NCBI GenBank assembly: GCA_963795085.1
Contig: CAWCFX010000004.1
Coordinates: 288,001 to 352,000 of the forward strand
Direction of reading: 5' to 3'
Source: an uncultured Gemmatimonadales bacterium
GTDB taxonomy: Bacteria > Gemmatimonadota > Gemmatimonadetes > Gemmatimonadales > GWC2-71-9
Length of the DNA stretch: 64,000 bases
The notes beneath the pieces were generated by a model that searched no databases, was not told the DNA's origin, and saw nothing but the letters and a program-made list of their open reading frames with translations. The stretch's first letter is position 1. Every line of letters begins with the position of its first letter. The position numbers and the translations under genes are program-made. Shown here in pieces: positions 58,129 to 64,000 of this stretch.

Positions 58129-58496
58129 GCCGCTCCAGCAAGGCGGTTCACCGCCTGAATGAGGGCAGCGGACTCCACCGGCTTGGTGAGGAATTCGTCG
58201 GCGCCGGCCTGGGATGCCCAGAACTGGTCGGCCGGCTCCTGCTTGGTGGTGACCATAAGAATCGGGATGGCGGCGGTTTCAGGGTTCAGCTTGAGCGCCC
58301 TGGCGGTCTGGTATCCGTTCAGCCGCGGCATCATCACGTCGAGGATGATCAGCTTGGGGCGAAGGGCGACTGCGGTATCGAGGCCGGCTTGGCCGTCACT
58401 GGCGGTCACGACCCGGTGCCCCGACGCGGTCAGGGTGCGCTCCATCAATCTCCGCTGATCCGGGTCATCTTCAATGACCAGTATCACGTTGGCCAT
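58125..58496 (-). CDS. Single-domain response regulator (PilH-like)
   Basis: VIEDD, ILDVMMPRLNGYQ, VTTK, DQFW, LTKP. Confidence 0.92.
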   Translation of the reverse strand: MANVILVIEDDPDQRRLMERTLTASGHRVVTASDGQAGLDTAVALRPKLIILDVMMPRLNGYQTARALKLNPETAAIPILMVTTKQEPADQFWASQAGADEFLTKPVESAALIQAVNRLAGAA

Positions 58497-58573
58497 GGCT
58501 CCCCGCCCCCCATCTTTCGTAAGGTGTTACAATAGCTCGGTTTAGGCATTCTCGCCAACCGGCCCCCAAAACT

Positions 58574-58600
58574 AAACGAGGCCGCCCTCCGGCGGCCTCG
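58574..58600 (-). terminator. Intrinsic terminator after the HD-GYP gene
   Basis: CGAGGCCGCC-GGAG-GGCGGCCTCG-TTT. Confidence 0.6.
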
Positions 58601-58622
58601 GACTCCGGTGGCCGGAGCGCCC

Positions 58623-59681
58623 TCACGAGGCCGCATCGTCCAGGAACACCAGGGCCTGGCGCCGCTGTACCACGGCGAACAGCGCGGCATGCACCATCGG
58701 GTCGAGCACCGTCCCCACCAGGTCGCGCATTCGTGCCACCGCCAGCTCAGGGCTCATCTTCTCCTGGTACGGCCGGGAGGTGGTCAGGGCGTCGTAGATC
58801 TCGGAGGCGCAGAGCACCCGGGCGCCCAGCGGAATCGTCTCGCCGGCCAGCTGGTCGGGGTACCCCTGCCCGTCCCACCGCTCGTGGTGGTTCCGGACGA
58901 AGCCGATGATCTCCTTGAGGTGGGTGAGGGGGGAGAGAATCTGGGAGCCCACGGTCACGTGCTGCTTGACCTGTTCGTATTCCTCCGCGGTCAGCGGACC
59001 TTCCTTGTTGAGGATCTCCTCGCGGATTCCGATCTTGCCGATATCGTGGAGCCGGCCGGCCATGCGGATGGCATCCACGTTCTCATCGGGCAGCCCCATC
59101 TGGGCGGCGATCATGGCGGAGAGATCGGCCACCCGGGCGGAATGGCCCCGGAGGTAGGGATCCTTGGCTTCCAGCGCGTTCACCAGGGCCTCCAGGGTGG
59201 CCACCGACAGGCGCTCCAGCTTGGCCCGCTCGTTGTGCACCTCGGCGGTCCGGACCGCGACCTCTTCCTTGAGCCACAGGTTGAGGTTCTCCTGCTCCAG
59301 CAGCGTGGCCCGGCGCCGAAGCGCCCGCTGGATGGCGCGCGACAGCTCGCTCAGTTCGATGGGCTTGGTGAGGTAGTCCATCGCCCCCCGCTGCATGCAC
59401 AGCGCGGCCGCCGTCGCGTCGTTGACCGCGGTGAGCATCAGCAGCGCAATGCTGGGTTCCGCCGCCATGACCAGGGGAACCAGGTCCACACCGCTGGTGC
59501 CTGGCAGCTTCACGTCCAGCAGCATGCAGCCGACCTTCTGCTGCTGCAGGACGTGAAGGGCCTCCTCGCCAGTCGCGGCGGTGGAGACGTCGTAGCCATC
59601 CTGCGTCAGATACTTCTTGAGCGCCGTGCGGATGGGTTCTTCGTCGTCGCAGACGAGGACGCTCGCCTTGGCTTCGGTCAT
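58623..59681 (-). CDS. Response regulator with an HD-GYP cyclic-dinucleotide phosphodiesterase domain (RpfG-like)
   Basis: REC domain; GHSARV, LHDIGK, HHERWDGQGYP, YDALTTSRPY. Confidence 0.93.
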   Translation of the reverse strand: MTEAKASVLVCDDEEPIRTALKKYLTQDGYDVSTAATGEEALHVLQQQKVGCMLLDVKLPGTSGVDLVPLVMAAEPSIALLMLTAVNDATAAALCMQRGAMDYLTKPIELSELSRAIQRALRRRATLLEQENLNLWLKEEVAVRTAEVHNERAKLERLSVATLEALVNALEAKDPYLRGHSARVADLSAMIAAQMGLPDENVDAIRMAGRLHDIGKIGIREEILNKEGPLTAEEYEQVKQHVTVGSQILSPLTHLKEIIGFVRNHHERWDGQGYPDQLAGETIPLGARVLCASEIYDALTTSRPYQEKMSPELAVARMRDLVGTVLDPMVHAALFAVVQRRQALVFLDDAAS

Positions 59682-59723
59682 GGGGGCAAGGTACGGGTCA
59701 GGGAAAGGGTCGTCAATGCGATT

Positions 59724-60581
59724 TCAGCCGACAAAATCCACGTCCACCTGCTCGGGAATCAGCTCGGCCCCATAGGCCCGGTCCAGCAGGGCCTGGACGG
59801 CCTCGCGCCCCCGGGCGCCATAGTCCACGGTCCACTGGTTGACGTACATGCCGACGAAGGTGTCGGTCCGTTCGTCGCCAATCCCGCGATTGTACTGGCG
59901 GGCGTGGGCCAGGGCGGGGGCCCGGTGCTCCAGGCCGTACACGATGCTGGCCTTGAGATCGCGGGCGACCTGCGCGACGATGGCGTCACCCAGGTCACGG
60001 CGCACCACGTTGCCGCCCAGCGGCAGGGGGAGCCCGGTGTCGGCCAGCCACCAGGCGCCCATATCTTCCCAGAGATGAAAGCCGGCATCGGCGTAGGTGA
60101 GTTGCCCTTCATGGATCAGCAGGCCGACGTCCACGTCCCCGCGCGTCACGGCCGCCTCGATCTGGTCGAACGGGAGCACCACTTCCTCGACGTCCGGCTG
60201 GTAGAGCTTGAGCGCCAGGTAGGCGGTGGTCAGCTTGCCCGGGACGCCGACCCGGAGTCCCCGGATCGCCTCCTGGGGCTGGTCGGGGCGGTGCTCCCGG
60301 GAGACCAGCCGGGGGCCGTAGCCGTCTCCCATCGACGAGCCGCTGTTGAGCAGGGCATAGGTGCGGTGGAGGTAGGCGTAGGCGTGAATGGAAACGGCGG
60401 TCACCTCCAGCTCGCCGTTCAGGGCCCGGCGGTTGAGCGATTCGATATCGGACAGTTCGTGCCGGTACTGCAGCCCGCCGGTGTCCAGCTTGCCCTCCGA
60501 GAGGGCATAGAACATGAACGCGTCGTCGGAGTCGGGGCTATGCGCGACGTGGATGATCCGCGGGGGGGTGGCCTGGTTCAC
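59724..60581 (-). CDS. mqnD: 1,4-dihydroxy-6-naphthoate synthase (futalosine menaquinone pathway)
   Basis: HSPDSDDAFMFYAL, DIESLN, GYGP, IHEGQLTY, LPLPLG, MYVN. Confidence 0.88.
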   Translation of the reverse strand: MNQATPPRIIHVAHSPDSDDAFMFYALSEGKLDTGGLQYRHELSDIESLNRRALNGELEVTAVSIHAYAYLHRTYALLNSGSSMGDGYGPRLVSREHRPDQPQEAIRGLRVGVPGKLTTAYLALKLYQPDVEEVVLPFDQIEAAVTRGDVDVGLLIHEGQLTYADAGFHLWEDMGAWWLADTGLPLPLGGNVVRRDLGDAIVAQVARDLKASIVYGLEHRAPALAHARQYNRGIGDERTDTFVGMYVNQWTVDYGARGREAVQALLDRAYGAELIPEQVDVDFVG

Positions 60582-60604
60582 GGTAGACTCGCTTCTCTCG
60601 TCGT

Positions 60605-61372
60605 TCAGTTCTGGACGGCGGCTGTGGCGTTGGCCCGGAACTCGTCCACCACCGGCTTGTGGTCGAGATACTCGACCCGGTTGGCCGCCATTTCCCGGTC
60701 GTAGCTGGACTGGAACCCCAGGTAACTTCGGCGGAGCGCGGCGTCGTCGTCCTGGGCGCTGGCCACGTTGCCGCGGATCATGGCCGCGAAGAGGTGGCCC
60801 GGGACGGCGGACTCGATGGTGTCGGCCAGTGCCAGCGAGCCGGTGAAATCGCCGACGTTGAACCGCAGCATGGCGGCATGGAACCGGGCGTCGTTGCTGA
60901 TACTGTCCAGCTGCGCGTAGGCGCCGAGGGCCATCGGGGTGAACTGCATGACCTGGATGCTGTCACCGGCAGAGGCGGCCCGGGTGACCCGGTCGAAGAG
61001 CCGGTCGAACCGCTCCTGCGGCGACAGGTTGCTGATGTCGGGCGCCCGGCCCGGGACCGTCGCGCCTCCGACGCTGCCGGGGTTGGCCATGTCGGGGGTG
61101 ACTGGTTCCGGCGCGCCCCGCACCAGCACCCAGATAATGGCGCCGATCAGCACCGTGGACGTGACGCCCGCCACGATCCAGGCCCGGTTCTCCGCCCGGC
61201 GGGGGACGGTCCCGCCCGCCGCGTTCCCGCAGCGGTGGCAGAAGCGGGCACGGGCGGAGAGAGGCGCCGAACAGGAGGGGCAGAGCCGGGGACCCAGCGG
61301 AGCGCCGCAGGCATTGCAGAAGTTGCCGCCGGCGCTCAGCGCGCCGCATGCCGAACAGGTAGGGCTGGTCAT
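60605..61372 (-). CDS. Double zinc-ribbon membrane protein with a helical C-terminal domain
   Basis: Four CxxC motifs followed by a TM segment. Confidence 0.85.
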   Translation of the reverse strand: MTSPTCSACGALSAGGNFCNACGAPLGPRLCPSCSAPLSARARFCHRCGNAAGGTVPRRAENRAWIVAGVTSTVLIGAIIWVLVRGAPEPVTPDMANPGSVGGATVPGRAPDISNLSPQERFDRLFDRVTRAASAGDSIQVMQFTPMALGAYAQLDSISNDARFHAAMLRFNVGDFTGSLALADTIESAVPGHLFAAMIRGNVASAQDDDAALRRSYLGFQSSYDREMAANRVEYLDHKPVVDEFRANATAAVQN

Positions 61373-61453
61373 TGGGGTGCAAGTTAGTCGGCAGGGGGGC
61401 CGGACGGCAGGACGCGCTCTCGCGCGGCGCCCATTCTTCTGCTATTCTCAAGC

Positions 61454-61714
61454 ATGCCCCAGCCCCAACAGCTTCCCGGGTCGCCCCGGGCCCAGCACCT
61501 GGGCGACCTGGCCCGGGCCGATACCCGCTGGCACGTCTACCTGGAGACCACGGCCGAGGGCACCTCCGCCCGGGGCCGGGTCCACTTCGTAAGCGGAGCG
61601 AGACACCGGACCTCGGGATGGATCTTCCTCGAATGGAGCGAGCAGGCGATCTACGACCGGTTTGCCGAGTTCAGCCCGGCGGAATTGTGGAAGCTGCTGG
61701 AATCGCTGGCCTAG
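61454..61714 (+). CDS. Small hypothetical protein (86 aa)
   Basis: Coding-like composition; ends ELWKLLESLA. Confidence 0.75.
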   Translation: MPQPQQLPGSPRAQHLGDLARADTRWHVYLETTAEGTSARGRVHFVSGARHRTSGWIFLEWSEQAIYDRFAEFSPAELWKLLESLA

Positions 61715-61777
61715 CTGTCTGGACTGTTGCGCGGGGCCGGCCCTGACAGGACACGAAAACACGATGTCTCGACAAAA

Positions 61778-62039
61778 GCCTGACCGGCGATGGCGGGTGT
61801 AGCCAACGAGCCGGAGCAGGCACTTCTCGCCTGGACCTTTCTCGTTTTGTAGTGCTGCTGTTTTTCCGCCCTCCTTGTCCAGACAATTATTCTCGGGCCG
61901 CTCGTGATTTCGTGGAACACGACCACAGAATGACGAAGAATGGCCTGACTAGCGATGGCTGGTGTAGCCAACGAAGCTGGAGCGGACACTTCCCCGTTTC
62001 GGCCGTTTCTCGTCTTGCAGTTCTGCTGTTTTCTTTTTG
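61778..62039. repeat. Tandem duplicated ~90-nt structured motif (2 copies), candidate ncRNA/cis-element
   Basis: Copy 1 about 61778-61865, copy 2 about 61943-62039; shared GCCTGAC..GCGATGGC.GGTGTAGCCAACGA..GGAGC..CACTTC..TTTCTCGT.TTG.AGT.CTGCTGTTTT. Confidence 0.85.
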
Positions 62040-62192
62040 TTGTCCCGCGGCTGCTGTTGCCTGCCTCTTGGCGTGGTCATCGTGCTGGTTCGGTGGCTTC
62101 GCGATGACCTTGCATTTTCTGCACAGCGAGTCGCCGTCTTCATCAATTTTCCCCATATTGTCTGCAAATGTGACCCAGTTTTTGGGCCGCTT

Positions 62193-62221
62193 TTGCAATT
62201 TCCGAGTCCACCTGTTACCTT
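62193..62221 (+). promoter_or_regulatory. Sigma-70 promoter of glnA (extended -10)
   Basis: TTGCAA-N17-TACCTT preceded by TGn. Confidence 0.65.
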
Positions 62222-62269
62222 CCGCGGCTCCTGGAACCGACCCTTTTTACCTCTCCGCAAGGACCCGGC

Positions 62270-63646
62270 ATGGCCGCCAAACCCCGCCCCCACATTACCG
62301 AGTTTCCCAAGAGCCTGTCCGGTAGTCGGAAGGCCGATATCATGAAGCTGGCCAACCAGTTCGGGGTGGACTTCCTGCGCCTCCAGTTCACCGACATCCT
62401 GGGGGTGAACAAGAACGTGGAAGTGCCCCGGAGCCAGTTCGAGAAGGCGCTGGAGGGCGAGATCATGTTCGACGGCTCCTCCATCGAGGGGTTCGTCCGG
62501 ATCGAAGAGAGCGACATGCTGCTCAAGCCGGAACTGGACACCTTCCGGGTCCTCCCTTACGAGGACGAAGGCGGGCGGGTCGCCCGGCTGCTCTGCGACA
62601 TCTACACCCCGGACGAGAAGCCCTTCCCCGGCTGCCCCCGGATGACCCTCAAGCGCCAGATGGAGAAGGCCCGGAAAATGGGCTATGCCATGATGGCCGG
62701 GTGCGAGGCGGAGTTCTTCCTCTTCGAGAAGAACGCCGAGGGCGACGCCACCACCGACACCCACGACTCGGGCGCCTATTTCGACCTGACGCCGGTGGAC
62801 AAGGGCGAGGAGATCCGGCGGGTGATCGTCGAGCAGCTGGAGGTGATGGGTTTCGAGGTGGAAGCCGCGCACCATGAAGTCGCCATGGGGCAGCACGAGA
62901 TCGACTTCAAGTACGCCGACGCGCTGACCACCGCCGACAACATCGCCACCTTCAAGTTCATCGTGCGCGACGTGGCCCACCGCTATGGCTTCGTCGCCTC
63001 GTTCATGCCCAAGCCGATCCAGGGCCAGAACGGCAGCGGCATGCACACCCACCAGTCGCTGTTCAAGGGCAAGGAGAACGCCTTCTACGACACCAGGGCG
63101 GAGCACCAGCTCAGCAAGACCGCGCTCAGCTACATCGAGGGCCTGTTGCAGCACGCCCAGGGCTTCTGCGCCATCACCAATCCGCTGATCAACAGCTACA
63201 AGCGGCTGGTGCCGGGCTACGAGGCCCCGGTCAATGTCGCGTGGAGCATGCGGAATCGCTCCCCCCTGATCCGGATTCCCGACCGCCGCGGTCTCGGTAC
63301 CCGCTGCGAACTCCGGATGCCCGACCCCTCGGCCAACCCCTACCTCGCCCTGTCGGTGCAGCTGGCCGCCGGCCTGGACGGTATCGAGCGCAAGCTGACT
63401 GCCCGGGAGCCGGTCAACAAGAACATCTTCGAGATGAGCTACCGGGACCGCCGCAAGTACAAGATCGACGAACTGCCCCGCGACCTGCACGAGGCGCTGG
63501 AGTACCTCGAGAAGGACGACGTCGTCACCGGCGCGCTGGGCGAGCACCTGACCGAACGGTTCCTGGAAGCCAAGCGGGCCGAGGTGCTGCAGTACAACCT
63601 GCAGGTTTCCAAGTGGGAGATCGACAACTACCTGGGACGCTACTAG
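62270..63646 (+). CDS. glnA: Glutamine synthetase, type I (alpha-like)
   Basis: FDGSSIEGFVRIEESD, EAEFF, HHEVA.GQHEI, FMPKP..G.NGSGMH, YKRLVPGYEAP, ELRMPDP. Confidence 0.93.
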   Translation: MAAKPRPHITEFPKSLSGSRKADIMKLANQFGVDFLRLQFTDILGVNKNVEVPRSQFEKALEGEIMFDGSSIEGFVRIEESDMLLKPELDTFRVLPYEDEGGRVARLLCDIYTPDEKPFPGCPRMTLKRQMEKARKMGYAMMAGCEAEFFLFEKNAEGDATTDTHDSGAYFDLTPVDKGEEIRRVIVEQLEVMGFEVEAAHHEVAMGQHEIDFKYADALTTADNIATFKFIVRDVAHRYGFVASFMPKPIQGQNGSGMHTHQSLFKGKENAFYDTRAEHQLSKTALSYIEGLLQHAQGFCAITNPLINSYKRLVPGYEAPVNVAWSMRNRSPLIRIPDRRGLGTRCELRMPDPSANPYLALSVQLAAGLDGIERKLTAREPVNKNIFEMSYRDRRKYKIDELPRDLHEALEYLEKDDVVTGALGEHLTERFLEAKRAEVLQYNLQVSKWEIDNYLGRY

Positions 63647-63648
63647 GA

Positions 63649-63717
63649 AAAGTGAGGCGGGAGAGGTGAGCGGGGCGCCTCGCTCACCTCCCCTCTCTCA
63701 CTCCTCACCTCTCACTC
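63649..63717. repeat. Heptamer-phased palindromic repeat/hairpin after glnA
   Basis: AGTGAGG CGGGAGA GGTGAGC ... GCTCACC TCCCCTC TCTCACT CCTCACC TCTCACT. Confidence 0.7.
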
Positions 63718-63718
63718 G

Positions 63719-64000
63719 ATGTCTCCCGCCTACCTCTTCGACCTCGACGGCACCCTCTACCAGGGCGACGCGGCGATCCCCGGTGCCCCGGAGCTCATCG
63801 CCCGGCTCCGCCAGGAGGGGGCCGGGTTCCGGTTCGTGACCAACACCACCTCCCGGCCCCGGTCCGCCATCGTGGCGCGGCTGCGGGGCTACGGATTTGC
63901 CGTTGCTGAAGACGAGGTGTTCACGGCGCTGCTGGCCGGCGCCCGGGTGGCCCGGGAGATGGGCTGCACATCTCTCCTGCCGCTGGTAACCGCCGCGGCG
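63719..64000 (+). CDS. HAD-IIA family hydrolase (NagD-like), partial
   Basis: MSPAYLFDLDGTLYQGDAAIPGA..FVTNTT; truncated by the window end. Confidence 0.9.
   Translation, partial: MSPAYLFDLDGTLYQGDAAIPGAPELIARLRQEGAGFRFVTNTTSRPRSAIVARLRGYGFAVAEDEVFTALLAGARVAREMGCTSLLPLVTAAA

Noticed and set aside
58608..60704. Long opposite-strand or alternate-frame ORFs (also 7105-8889, 9756-11726, 55789-58158, 61949-63547)
   Set aside because: Shadow ORFs typical of high-GC DNA; they overlap genes with clear family motifs and show none of their own.
61792..61810. tRNA-like start (GGTGTAGCCAA)
   Set aside because: No anticodon arm, T-loop (GTTCRA) or acceptor stem follows in either copy.
61778..61838. ZTP (pfl) riboswitch resemblance (UGACCGGCGA...GGAGC...CGCCUGG)
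   Set aside because: The P3 5' strand is missing, the GGC is paired within a local stem, copy 2 lacks CGCCUGG, and no purine or folate gene follows.
61949..62080. Minus-strand 43-aa ORF with QQQ (MTTPRGRQQQPRD...) as a glutamine leader peptide
   Set aside because: It is antisense to glnA, has no SD, and the duplicated copy has no start codon and carries indels.
62159..62175. GlnR/TnrA-like box TGTCT-N7-TGACC upstream of glnA
   Set aside because: Both half-sites mismatch TGTNA-N7-TNACA. The nearby GG...GC spacing is 9 nt, so it is not a sigma-54 promoter either.

Overview
High-GC bacterial chromosomal window with about 65 densely packed genes. Gene content and style suggest Gemmatimonadota (inference, not verified). 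I found no rRNA, tRNA, CRISPR array, transposase, integrase or prophage. Main blocks: a polyamine/GABA catabolism cluster (gabT, PuuB-like oxidase, PotD/F-like binding protein, patA) interrupted by a PspA + classical AAA ATPase + PBP-OmpA operon and a multiply frameshifted pseudogene; an RND efflux operon flanked by two His-less HPt-like genes; peptidases, bcp, lepB and tandem MFS pumps; a chemoreceptor coupled to a binding protein; a cold-shock gene; a YhaM-like nuclease; an AraC-REC-MerR-LemA-HtpX run; a REC/HEAT/GT2 operon; HD-GYP, mqnD and glnA. Three elements missing from the ORF track stand out. (1) A 47-aa lipoprotein-like peptide gene (48225-48368, minus) with a C-terminal Cys-x10-Cys loop converges on a cytoplasmic TPR protein and diverges from an AraC regulator, with a 21-bp-phased direct repeat between them: a candidate peptide-signalling system. 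(2) A ~420-nt stand-alone, highly structured ncRNA candidate (43487-43908, minus) has its own promoter and terminator. (3) A tandemly duplicated ~90-nt hairpin motif with a compensatory base change lies upstream of glnA. All calls come from reading motifs by eye; no database searches were run.
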